Assembly (NCBI GenBank): GCA_963699835.1
Contig: CAVOVJ010000001.1
Span: forward strand, 160,946-224,945
Length of the DNA stretch: 64,000 bases
From: an uncultured Gammaproteobacteria bacterium
GTDB lineage: Bacteria > Pseudomonadota > Gammaproteobacteria > Steroidobacterales > BM003
Direction of reading: 5' to 3'
A program made the translations under genes and the position numbers. The notes under the pieces were generated by a model, which searched no databases, was not told the origin of the DNA, and saw only the letters and a program-made list of their open reading frames with translations. Below, one piece after another: positions 33,339 to 43,060 of this stretch (positions within the stretch are counted from its first letter, which is position 1; each line of letters opens with the position of its first letter).

Positions 33339-34088
33339 ATGCAGAAGATCCTGGTGTGTCTGAAACGCGTCGTTGATTACAACGTTCGTGTCCGCGTCAA
33401 ACCCGATGGTTCGGGTGTCGTAACCGACGGGGTGAAGATGAGCGTCAATCCGTTCGATGAAATAGCGCTCGAGGAAGCGCTGCGGATCAAGGAGCGCGGC
33501 GGCGCCAGCGAGGTCATCGTAATGTCGATCGGTTCGGCGGAAGCTCAACAACAATTGCGGACGGGTCTCGCCATGGGTGCCGATCGCGCGATCCTGGTGG
33601 AGAGCGACGAGGCAGTCGAACCATTGTCCGCCGCTCGCGCGATGCTTGCCGCGATAGAACGCGAGCAGCCAGGCCTGGTCATTCTCGGCAAACAGGCGAT
33701 AGACGATGACAACAGTCAAACCGGACAAATGCTGGCCGCGTTGTGGAATCGGCCGCAGGCCACTTTCGCGTCGAAGATTGTGCTCGACGGAGAGACCGCC
33801 ACGGTGACCCGTGAGGTCGACGCCGGGCTGGAGACCATTGCCATCGATCTGCCCGCGGTCGTCACGGTTGACCTCAGGTTGAATGAGCCGCGTTACGTCA
33901 AGCTGCCCGACATCATGAAAGCGAAACGCAAACCCCTGGAAATAGTGAGCTTCGCCGATCTTGGCGTCGAAAACGAACATCACCTGACTGCAACGCATTT
34001 TGCACCGCCGGCGCAACGCGAGAAGGGGATAATGGTCGAGGATGTGGGCGCATTGATTCAGGCTCTCAAGGACAAGGGGTTGGTGTAA
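33339..34088 (+). CDS. etfB: Electron transfer flavoprotein beta subunit
   Basis: KRVVDY, NPFDEIALEEA, GKQAIDDD and NEPRY motifs. Confidence 0.96.
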   Translation: MQKILVCLKRVVDYNVRVRVKPDGSGVVTDGVKMSVNPFDEIALEEALRIKERGGASEVIVMSIGSAEAQQQLRTGLAMGADRAILVESDEAVEPLSAARAMLAAIEREQPGLVILGKQAIDDDNSQTGQMLAALWNRPQATFASKIVLDGETATVTREVDAGLETIAIDLPAVVTVDLRLNEPRYVKLPDIMKAKRKPLEIVSFADLGVENEHHLTATHFAPPAQREKGIMVEDVGALIQALKDKGLV

Positions 34089-35029
34089 TGGGAAAAATAC
34101 TGGTAATTGCCGAACATGACGGGACATCTCTTAATGCCAGCACCGCCAAGTGCGTCGCCTGTGCGACGGCTATCGACAACGATGGTGTCGATATCGCCGT
34201 ATTGTCGGCCGATGGCGCATCACTGTGTCAGCAAGCCGCTGCGTTGGCGGGTGTTGCCCGGGTCCTGAAAGTCGATCATGAGGTGTTTTCAGCACAGCTG
34301 GCCGCGACACTGGCCCCGCAGATCGTAAGGCTGGCGGACGGCTACACCCACATCCTTGGCCCATCGACGACGTTTGGCAAAGATCTGATGCCGCGGGTCG
34401 CGGCGTTGCTCGGGGTCGCCCAGATCAGTGACATCATGGAAGTCAAAGGAGCCTACAGCTTTCTCCGCCCGATTTATGCCGGTAATGCCATTGTCACCGT
34501 TGAGGCATCAGCGGAACGAAAACTGGTCGCAACCGTCCGGACCGCGTCGTATCGGGCCGTTTCCGCCGACGGTTCTGCCACGGTGGAGTCGGTGGACGCC
34601 AGCGCAGATTTCCCGACTCACACCCGGTTGGTCGAAATCAAGGCCAGCAGCGGCGACCGGCCGGATTTGCAAACCGCGACCAAGGTCATTTCGGGTGGAC
34701 GTGCGCTGGCGAGCGAGGAGAATTTCAGCCTGATTTATTCACTGGCCGACAAACTCGGTGCCGGCGTCGGCGCATCACGCGCGGCTGTCGATGCCGGGTA
34801 TGTGCCGAATGATATGCAGGTCGGGCAGACCGGCAAGATTATCGCCCCGGATCTGTACGTGGCGATCGGTATTTCTGGTGCGATTCAGCATCTGACCGGG
34901 ATCAAGGATGCCGGGACGATCGTTGCCATCAACAAGGATCCCGAGGCGCCGATTTTCGAAGTGGCGGACATCGGTCTGGTTGGCGATCTGTTCGAGATCG
35001 TGCCGGAACTGGAGAAACAGCTCGGCTAG
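34088..35029 (+). CDS. etfA: Electron transfer flavoprotein alpha subunit
   Basis: [25 protein letters not shown] and GISGAIQH motifs. Confidence 0.96.
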   Translation: MGKILVIAEHDGTSLNASTAKCVACATAIDNDGVDIAVLSADGASLCQQAAALAGVARVLKVDHEVFSAQLAATLAPQIVRLADGYTHILGPSTTFGKDLMPRVAALLGVAQISDIMEVKGAYSFLRPIYAGNAIVTVEASAERKLVATVRTASYRAVSADGSATVESVDASADFPTHTRLVEIKASSGDRPDLQTATKVISGGRALASEENFSLIYSLADKLGAGVGASRAAVDAGYVPNDMQVGQTGKIIAPDLYVAIGISGAIQHLTGIKDAGTIVAINKDPEAPIFEVADIGLVGDLFEIVPELEKQLG

Positions 35030-35074
35030 CCGGGTTCGCCCAACCGCTCGGCCGCCAGCATTGCTGGCCAAACG

Positions 35075-35107
35075 AAAAGAGGGCTTGCGATGCAAGCCCT
35101 CTTTTTT
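35075..35107. terminator. Bidirectional intrinsic terminator
   Basis: AAAAGAGGGCTTGC-GAT-GCAAGCCCTCTTTTTT perfect stem with A and T tracts between the convergent etfA and peroxiredoxin genes. Confidence 0.88.
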
Positions 35108-35126
35108 GCCTTGGCGGCTCAGCCGG

Positions 35127-35610
35127 TCACAGATTCTTCAGCAGGTACTCCGCGCTGCTGACTTCGAAAGCACCGGGCGCCTCGACGTGCACCGCTTCCA
35201 CGGTGCCGTCATTGACGAGCATCGCAAAGCGTTGTCCGCGGAGACCCATACCAAATCCGGTGGCGTCGAGTTCCAGCCCGAGCGCGCGGGTGAAGTCACC
35301 GTTGCCGTCGGCAAGCATCAATACGGCATCACCGACATCCTGATCTTTACCCCACGCACCCATGACGAAGACGTCATTGACCGCGAGACACGCGATGGTA
35401 TCTATGCCTTTGGATTTCAGATCGTCAGCATGCTGAACGAAGCCCGGGAGGTGTTGCGCCGAGCAGGTCGGGGTGAAAGCGCCGGGGACGGAAAACAGGA
35501 TCACACGTTTTCCGGAAAACAGATCATCGCTACTGATTGCGCCGGGACCGTTCTGGGTCATGATGCCAAACGTCCCCGCCGGCACTTTGTCGCCTGCCTT
35601 GAATACTCAT
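35127..35610 (-). CDS. Peroxiredoxin, Prx5 type; frameshift near 35602
   Basis: VPGAFTPTCS, VNDVFVM and LADGNG motifs. ATG 35610 has a GAGGAG RBS and gives MSIKAGDKVP after removing one base. Confidence 0.92.
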
Positions 35611-35692
35611 ATCAAACTCCTCTCCGTGAATAAAACCTTGCCGGCGAATGCAATGCCCGGGTCCGGTCGGCCATAGTTCGTTCCGTCGTATT

Positions 35693-35926
35693 CGCTGATC
35701 GCGAGCGGTGTGGATTCGTTGTGGTTCGCGTGGGGATGGCTACTTCGGGCAGCACCCGCCGCGCCCGCTATTAGACAGAAACCTTTCGTTCCCGGCAATT
35801 CCTCCGCGGCCACGCCGGGCGAAAGGCCATTGCTCTCGTCGAAATCGAACCCGGGCGCTTCGTTCTGGTCACCGCTGCCGGCCCGGCCCAGCCTCCGGGG
35901 CCGCCGCACTCAACCGCTCCCGAGCG
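35693..35926 (-). ncRNA. Candidate structured RNA or long structured leader, family unassigned
   Basis: Complementary ends (GAGCGGT/ACCGCTC with flanking pairs) enclose three hairpins. Several stem mismatches become G-U pairs on the minus strand. AT-rich promoter-like DNA lies upstream. Confidence 0.5.
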
Positions 35927-36081
35927 CATCAGAAAATTGCTATAAATAGACTTTCGATATAATCGATAGTTCTCTGAATTAACTAACAATATTATGATAT
36001 TCCAATTCTCTGTAGGCACGGCTTTGCCTGCGCACGCCACGTCGCTAATAACCTGGCGGGCGACAAGGAGATCTTGGGCGA

Positions 36082-38670
36082 TCAGAGAGCGAGCTCGACG
36101 GCCGGTGCACGAAGATTGTAGTTGGAGCTCATTGCGCGACCGTATGCGCCCGCGTTCGCGATCAGCAGGATGTCTCCTTCCTGTGTAACCGGGAGGTAAC
36201 GGTCACGTCCGAGACGGTCGCCGGTTTCGCAAATCGGGCCGACTATCGTTGCCAGTTCGGTCGCAGGCTCGCCAAGTCGCGACAAATTGACAATGCGGTG
36301 GTACGCCCCGTACAAGGCCGGTCGAATCAACGAGTTCATGCCGGTCGACACGCCGAGATAGCGGGTACCGTGTTTGCCTTTCAACTGGTTGACCGTGACC
36401 AGCAGCACCCCCGCCGGGGACACAAGATAGCGCCCGGGTTCCAGCCAGAGTTGCAAATCGGGATAGGCAGCCCGCACGGCGGCGAGCGTTCCGTCCAATG
36501 CCTCCAGATCAAGCGGGATGTCACCCTCCTTTTCGGGCACTCCCAGCCCGCCGCCCAGATCGAGAATTTCGACATCCGGGAAATGCGGGGTCAGGCGCGC
36601 AAGTTCGACCGCCACACGTCCCCAGTGACCTGAATCCCGGATGCCACTTCCACCGTGTACATGCAGTCCGGTCACGCGCACGCCGTTGCGCGCGCACAGC
36701 CTGTTCAGACGCTCTATGTCGCCGCGGGGTATGCCAAATTTCGAATGCGCACCCGCGGTGTGGACGTGCGCGTGATGCCCGCTTCCCTCACCCAGATCGA
36801 GGCGTACAAACAGGGCCTGACCGGCAAAAACCTCCGGCCACGCTTCGAGCGGATAGAGATTATCCAGGGTCACCCGTACACCGCTGTCGATTGCGGCCTC
36901 GTACTCCTGCCTGGGTGCAAAATTCGGCGTAAACAGGACTCGGTCGCAGGGCAAATCCGGGAACAAATCGAACACTGCGCGAAGTTCGCCGGGCGAGACG
37001 CATTCGAATCCCACACCTTCGGCATGCAATCGCTCGAGAATTGCGGGATATGGATTCGCCTTGATCGCATAGAAAACCCGGTCGACATGGCGTAGCGCGC
37101 AAAGCGCCGAGGCTGCGGCGCCGATGCAATCGAGGTCGTACACGTAGGCGGAAGCGTGGGTCCTGGCAAGTTGCAGCAACCGTTTGCGCTTGCGCTCCCA
37201 CCAGGCGGGCTCGGTTCGCCCCGGTAGCCTGGCCGGTTCAGCCAGCTGCTCCCAACTCGGACCGATAACCGGGTCCTCGTCGGTGTAGCCAATGATCAGA
37301 TCGTGCAGCGAGCGGACCAGCCGGTCGACCTGACTCTCTTCTATTACTACGGTAAAGTTGAGATCGCTGGCGGCCTGACTGACCAGAAATATCTGATGCT
37401 CCTCGAACGCCTCCAACGCGGGCGCGAGGCGATGCAGATTGGCCCGCATCCGCGCCCCGACCATGCTCACGGCGGCACAGGGCCGAATTACCCGTACCCG
37501 GCACAATTCGCGCAGCTTGTCGGTAAGCAAACCGAGCCTTTCCGGGTCCACCTCGGCCGCGTTTTCGTCGAGCGTCACACTGACCACCGATTCGGAGGTC
37601 GAGACAAGATCGATCGACACGCCGAGATCGGAAAAAACTGCGAAAGCCCTTGCAAGGAAACCGGATTCCTGCCACATGCCGATCGATTCCAGCGAAACGA
37701 GCGTCAATCCGCGGCGCGCCGATATGGCCTTGATCCGGGGCGCATCGTCCTCACCCAAGTCGGCGATGACCGTGCCCTCAAGCTGCGGACGGGCAGTGTC
37801 GTGAACATGGACCGGGATTGCTGCGCGGCGCGCGACGGGCAGACATCGCGGATGAATCACACCGGCGCCGGTGGCCGCAATCTCCTGGGCCTCGGCAAAA
37901 CTCAACCGGCGCAGCAATCGCGCAGACGGAATGCTGTGAGGATTGGCGCTGAACATACCCGGCACATCGGTCCATATTTCCAGCCGACAGGCTTGGAGCC
38001 GCGCCGCGACATAGGCCGCAGAGGTATCAGAGCCGCCTCTGCCGAGTAATACTGTTCGCTTCTTCTCATCACTGGCGATGAATCCCTGCGTGACGATCAC
38101 ACCGTCCAATTGCGCCCATTCACGTTGCAGTGCGGGATCAGGGTCGGCGGCGCAATGCGCCGCGAGAAAATGGCGCGAATCCGCTGAGGGATAAACCGGC
38201 TGACAGGTCAGTACGCTGCGCGCATCGACGATTCGCGCCGGAATTCCCTGTGATTCCAGACACGCAGCGACCAGTTCGGTTGCCATCAGTTCGCCAAAGG
38301 ACAGCAATCTTGCGCGGACCGCGGGACCGGCCTCCCCGATCAGACTGATCCCGGCCACCAGCCTTCGCAGCTCGGCGCTCCTCGCCTCCAGGCCGGGAAG
38401 CGGGCCGAGATCCAGGTTCGCGGCCAGAGCTTCATGGCGGCTTACCACGTCGTCCGCGGCTTCCCGGCTATGGTCGGGGTCAATGTCAGTGGCCAGCGCG
38501 TCGAGCGCGTCCGAGATCCCGGCAAGGGCCGAATGCACCATGACCGGCCGCATGCCCTGATCGAGTCTTTCGCGCAGTACCGAGCCGATATTCGCCCAGT
38601 TGGCAGCATTGGCCACGCTGGTACCACCAAACTTGAGTACCACCCATGCCGGGTCTGTTGCGTTTGCCAT
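36082..38670 (-). CDS. lysAC: Bifunctional aspartate kinase/diaminopimelate decarboxylase
   Basis: KFGGTS, GRGGSD and WTDVPG plus ACT region, then FYAIKAN, SKFGI, HGGSG, EPGRY, GPICETGD and GAYG. Confidence 0.93.
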   Translation of the reverse strand: MANATDPAWVVLKFGGTSVANAANWANIGSVLRERLDQGMRPVMVHSALAGISDALDALATDIDPDHSREAADDVVSRHEALAANLDLGPLPGLEARSAELRRLVAGISLIGEAGPAVRARLLSFGELMATELVAACLESQGIPARIVDARSVLTCQPVYPSADSRHFLAAHCAADPDPALQREWAQLDGVIVTQGFIASDEKKRTVLLGRGGSDTSAAYVAARLQACRLEIWTDVPGMFSANPHSIPSARLLRRLSFAEAQEIAATGAGVIHPRCLPVARRAAIPVHVHDTARPQLEGTVIADLGEDDAPRIKAISARRGLTLVSLESIGMWQESGFLARAFAVFSDLGVSIDLVSTSESVVSVTLDENAAEVDPERLGLLTDKLRELCRVRVIRPCAAVSMVGARMRANLHRLAPALEAFEEHQIFLVSQAASDLNFTVVIEESQVDRLVRSLHDLIIGYTDEDPVIGPSWEQLAEPARLPGRTEPAWWERKRKRLLQLARTHASAYVYDLDCIGAAASALCALRHVDRVFYAIKANPYPAILERLHAEGVGFECVSPGELRAVFDLFPDLPCDRVLFTPNFAPRQEYEAAIDSGVRVTLDNLYPLEAWPEVFAGQALFVRLDLGEGSGHHAHVHTAGAHSKFGIPRGDIERLNRLCARNGVRVTGLHVHGGSGIRDSGHWGRVAVELARLTPHFPDVEILDLGGGLGVPEKEGDIPLDLEALDGTLAAVRAAYPDLQLWLEPGRYLVSPAGVLLVTVNQLKGKHGTRYLGVSTGMNSLIRPALYGAYHRIVNLSRLGEPATELATIVGPICETGDRLGRDRYLPVTQEGDILLIANAGAYGRAMSSNYNLRAPAVELAL

Positions 38671-38808
38671 CAGCGGGATCCGATTCGTCACGGTTAGCGC
38701 CGGTAATTGCCCGGCGGGCCGCACAGATTACTCACCGGCGCCGGCCTCAATCAAGCGCGGTGGAAGCCACGGTACGCCGGTCCCGGCCTCCGACCCGGAT
38801 CTGTCGAT

Positions 38809-39792
38809 TCAGCCGGGTGCTGGCATCTCGCGCTGTGATTCGTGAGCCCCATGGCGTTGGACGGGCGTCTCGAAGCCGGGAGTCTTGACCAACAATAGGT
38901 CGCAGGTGAGGTGTTCGAGTACCCGCTCGGCGGTGCTGCCGAGAAAAATGCGTTTTAGCCGGTTACGCGCGACGACCCCCATAACGAGCAGGTCGATGCC
39001 TTTCTCGGCGACGAGGTCCTGCAGTACCTCATTGGTGCGGCCAGGCAGCATGTGCACGTGATCCGGCCGCCTTGGACTTTGTGCGACCAGTTTGCTGAGT
39101 GCTTCGCGGTGTCCCTGTTCGATCACCTCCTCGCTGATATCGATTGGGTAAATGACGGCGCCGGGCACCGCGCTGGCGCAAACTGCCGCGGACACCGGGA
39201 GAAAGGCATGTGCAAAGTGCAATTCGGCAGCAGATTCACGCGCGAGCTCGCATGCAACTGCGATGATCGCGCGATCCAGCGCGGCGGGCTTGTCGTGTTC
39301 GTGGGTCGGATCCACAGCCGCGGCAATCTGCGCGTACGGATAGGCGGTCTCGGGCTTGACCAGCAATAACGGACACGGACATGTGCGTATCAGGTTCCAG
39401 TCAGTGTTGGAGAACAGGGATCGCCTTAGCGGGGCATGGTGATGCGTATCCTTCACCAGCAGGTCGGCCCCGCTGTGCAGCACCTGGCGAACGATGCCCT
39501 CATCGAGCGGGCGGTCCCAGCGCGCCGCATAGCTAACTTCGACGCCCCCGCCATCGATAGCGTCCACCGTCTCCTCCAGCTTCGCAATGGTATGCCCGAC
39601 CATTGACGCGCGCGATTTCTCGAGACCACGGCTATCGAAGAAACGTTCACCTGAGATGTACTGATCGTAAACGCACGCGAAGACTTCAAGCCGCGCGCCA
39701 AGCGTGCGGGCTATGCCCAGCGCCCGGGTTACCGCCGGTTGTTCCGTGGCTGTTGGATCGGCTACTACGAGAATTTTCGATACACGCGACAT
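38809..39792 (-). CDS. uspE: UspE-like tandem universal stress protein
   Basis: KILVVADP, TDWNLIRTCPCPLLLVK, AAVDP and FLGSTAERVL motifs. Confidence 0.9.
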   Translation of the reverse strand: MSRVSKILVVADPTATEQPAVTRALGIARTLGARLEVFACVYDQYISGERFFDSRGLEKSRASMVGHTIAKLEETVDAIDGGGVEVSYAARWDRPLDEGIVRQVLHSGADLLVKDTHHHAPLRRSLFSNTDWNLIRTCPCPLLLVKPETAYPYAQIAAAVDPTHEHDKPAALDRAIIAVACELARESAAELHFAHAFLPVSAAVCASAVPGAVIYPIDISEEVIEQGHREALSKLVAQSPRRPDHVHMLPGRTNEVLQDLVAEKGIDLLVMGVVARNRLKRIFLGSTAERVLEHLTCDLLLVKTPGFETPVQRHGAHESQREMPAPG

Positions 39793-39930
39793 ATGACGCT
39801 CCTTCGCTCGTCTCGTGGAGGCACGCGCAATCCTGGGCATTCGCCCTTTTTCCATCCATTTCCCTTTATAAACCCACAGCAAATGGGGTTTAATTCGATA
39901 CTCTAACTAATGTCACTGTGGTTATTACCT

Positions 39931-41839
39931 ATGGCCGCCGGCCAGCCGACAAACCAGAACGAGCAGCCTGACACGAAAGGGCAATTCGAAGCCCTGCTCG
40001 ACGCCGCGGTTGACGCCATCGTCGTAATTAACCACAAAGGCCGGATTGAGACGGTCAATCCGGCTGCTGTGCGGATGTTCGGCTACTCGAGCGATGAACT
40101 GCTCGGGCAAAACGTCGCGATGCTGATGCCAGAGCCCTTCCGCGGCGAACATGATGGCTATCTGGCCCGATACCGGCAGACCGGTCATGCGCGGATTATT
40201 GGCAAGGGTCGCGAGGCGATCGGGCTGCGCAGTGACGGAAGCACGTTTCCGTTGGACCTCTCGATCGGCGAGGCCCATGATCCGGTGGCGCCGCTATTCG
40301 TCGGGATCATGCGCGACATCACTTCTCGCAAAGAGATCGAAAAAGCCCTGCGAATCGAACGTGATCGTGCCCAGGGATATCTTGATCTTGCCGCGGTAAT
40401 TCTGCTCGGTCTCGATCAGGATGGGAACATACGCCTGATCAACAAGCGCGGCTGTGAACTGCTCGGGTATGAAGAGCATGAGCTGCTGGGATGCGGTTGG
40501 ATCGACAACTGTTATTCGCGACGAAGACCGCTCGCGAATCGCTATCCAGTTTCAGAAACTGATCAATGGCGAAATCCATTTGCCTGACAATACCGAAAAT
40601 TGGGTTCTTACCCGTAGCGGAGAGTCTCGCCTCATAGCATGGAAAAACTCGGTCATTCACGACGAGTCAGGGGCGATCATCGGAACGCTGAGTTCCGGCG
40701 AAGACGTTACGGATCGGCGCCATACCGAAGAACAATTGCGTCAACGCGAAGAACAACTCGAGATGGTGTTCCAGAATGCTCCGCTCGGGACGCTGACGAT
40801 GGATCTCGAGTTCCATCTGCAATCTGCCAACAGCGCCCTTAGCAGGATGATTGGCACCCTGGAAATAGATCTGCTGGGGCGCTCCTTTCTCGACCTGATC
40901 GATCCGGACCAGCGCCAAGGACTGGCGTCGCAACTTGGTCGTATGGTGGCAGGAGAGCACACTACATTGTCGCGCCAGACCCGGCTCCTGCCCCGCGACG
41001 AGCGGGAATTGCTGGCGCGGCTTAGCGTTGGCGTGGTGCATGACGCGGATCAGCATCCGCTATTTCTGATTGCACAGATCGAGGATCTCACCCAAAGAAT
41101 ACAGAGCGGCCGTGAAGCGCGTCAGCTGCGCGATCGTCTGACCCAGGTTGGCCGCCTCAGCACGATGGGGGAGATGGCGGCGAGTATTGCGCATGAGATC
41201 AATCAGCCGCTGACAGCGGTTGCAACCTACGCCCAGGCGGGTAAGCGTCTTCTGGACAGCGGCCGAGCCGATCTCGCCGATATTTCAAATACGCTGGAAC
41301 AGATCGGCCAGCAGGCACAACGTGCCGGTGAGGTGATAAGGAGCCTGCGCCGCTTTCTGCGGCAGAAAAAGAGTGCGCGTGAGCGCCTCGAAGTGAACGA
41401 TATAATCAGCGAAGTCGTTTTGCTGGCGGATGTCGATGCGCGCGCGCACAACATCGAATTGCAACTCAATCTGCAAGATGAGTTGCCCGCCGTAGTCGCG
41501 GATCCGATACAGGTTCAGCAGGTAATTCTGAACCTTATTCGCAACGGCCTCGATGCGACAAGTGAGAATGGTGCGGCCGAACCTATACTGATTTGCAGCC
41601 GTCTGCGCCCCGACAACAAGATCGAGATCAGCGTCGAGGACGCCGGTCCCGGCGTCTCGGCAGACATGCTGGAGCGGGTTTTTTCGCCGTTTCAGACCTC
41701 GAAATCGGATGGCATGGGGATGGGTTTGTCGATAAGCCGCTCGATTATCGCCGCGCATGGCGGTAACCTCAGTTTCGAAAACCTGCCCGGCAAGGGTGCC
41801 CGATTCTATTTTTCTTTGCCTACCTCAGTGCTTGGATAA
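39931..41839 (+). CDS. fixL: FixL-like heme-PAS sensor histidine kinase with three PAS domains; frameshift near 40512
   Basis: LMPEPFRGEHDGYL...RIIGKGRE...DGSTFP (FixL heme PAS), GEMAASIAHEINQPL H-box and GMGMGLSISRSII. Confidence 0.85.
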
Positions 41840-41842
41840 GCG

Positions 41843-42469
41843 ATGCAACCAAGAAAAACCGAACATCACGCCACTGTCTTTATCGTTGATGACGATGCTC
41901 CCGTCCGTGATTCGCTAAGCATGCTGATGAAATCCGTCGGCCTGGAGGCGGAGACTTTTGCCAGTGCCATGGAATTTCTCGAAAGCTATGATGCCGATCG
42001 TCCGGGCTGCCTGGTTCTCGATATCCGGATGCCAGGCATGAGCGGGCTCGAGCTTCAGGAACAGCTCAACTCGATGCACGCGATACTTCCGATCATCTTT
42101 ATTACCGGCCACGGTGATGTACCGATGGCCGTTTCGGCGATCCAGAACGGGGCTGCCGATTTTATTCAGAAACCGTTCCGCGACCAGGATCTGCTTGACC
42201 GGATCAACAGAGCTTTGGAACAGGATCAGCACAACCGTGAGACCCTGCTACAGATTCGCGGCATTGAAGAACGTCTCGCAAGTCTCACACCGCGTGAGCA
42301 CGAAGTTATGGAGCTGATCGTGGAGGGCAGGCCGAACAAGGTGATCGCCGGTGATCTCGACGTCAGTCAGCGTACTGTCGAGATACACCGCGCCCGTGTG
42401 ATGGAGAAAATGCAGGCGAGTTCCCTCGCCCACCTGGTGCGCATGGTGATGCGCGCTAATCAGGGCTAA
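41843..42469 (+). CDS. fixJ: FixJ-like response regulator (REC plus LuxR HTH)
   Basis: VDDD, LDIRMPGMSG, TGHGDVPMAV, KPF and LTPRE...TVEIHRARVMEKM motifs. Confidence 0.92.
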   Translation: MQPRKTEHHATVFIVDDDAPVRDSLSMLMKSVGLEAETFASAMEFLESYDADRPGCLVLDIRMPGMSGLELQEQLNSMHAILPIIFITGHGDVPMAVSAIQNGAADFIQKPFRDQDLLDRINRALEQDQHNRETLLQIRGIEERLASLTPREHEVMELIVEGRPNKVIAGDLDVSQRTVEIHRARVMEKMQASSLAHLVRMVMRANQG

Positions 42470-42573
42470 GAGCTGCCACTGCCGGGTTCAGTAGGTAATT
42501 ATCCGTATTTTCACTGGTAAGAACATCGAACGATACTCCGCGATGGGCCGATAGTTTCCGACCATTCGCCCGT

Positions 42574-42987
42574 TTGTCCCGGTCTCGTCATTTCGTTGAG
42601 CTGCCAGTGGGTTTACGCAAACCGACCGTCTGTATCGTCGACTCGGACGCAGCAATCAGGTCCGCGCTCAGCGCGCTGGTCTCGACGCTGCCAGTCCATG
42701 TCCTTCTTTTTAACGACGCCGAGGCGTTGTTGCGCGATATGCCCGGTGAGGAGCTGGCCTGTGTAATCGCTGAGATCGACCTGCCAGGTCGCAGTGGCAT
42801 TCAGCTGGTCGAGGACATGATACGCAGCGGGCGCAAGGTGCCGACTATTCTGTTGACCAGCGACAGCGACGTGCCCACTGCGGTTTCGGCGTTGCAGGCC
42901 GGTGCCGTGGATTTCATCGAAAAGCCTTTTGTCGACCGCCAATTGCTCGAGCGCGTCGAGCGGGCGGTTGAATATTCTCGCGACTAG
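42574..42987 (+). CDS. Single-domain receiver protein, FixT-like, with Glu at the phosphoacceptor position
   Basis: IVDSD, CVIAEIDLPG and DFIEKPF motifs; no output domain. Start uncertain. Confidence 0.78.
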   Translation: MSRSRHFVELPVGLRKPTVCIVDSDAAIRSALSALVSTLPVHVLLFNDAEALLRDMPGEELACVIAEIDLPGRSGIQLVEDMIRSGRKVPTILLTSDSDVPTAVSALQAGAVDFIEKPFVDRQLLERVERAVEYSRD

Positions 42988-43060
42988 GCGCGCGATCATC
43001 GATCGTCTTCGCGGCACGAATTAAGTTGCCACGCCCCGTCTTCGCGCTCGTTTGTTCAGA

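Noticed and set aside
35693-35926. Lysine, glycine or cobalamin riboswitch, 6S RNA, tmRNA or RNase P identity
   Set aside because: The block is downstream of lysAC, not upstream, and I could not find the hallmark motifs by eye. An Rfam search is still needed.
35607-35949. Short ORFs on either strand over the structured intergenic block
   Set aside because: No recognisable domain or RBS, and the base-pairing pattern explains the sequence better.
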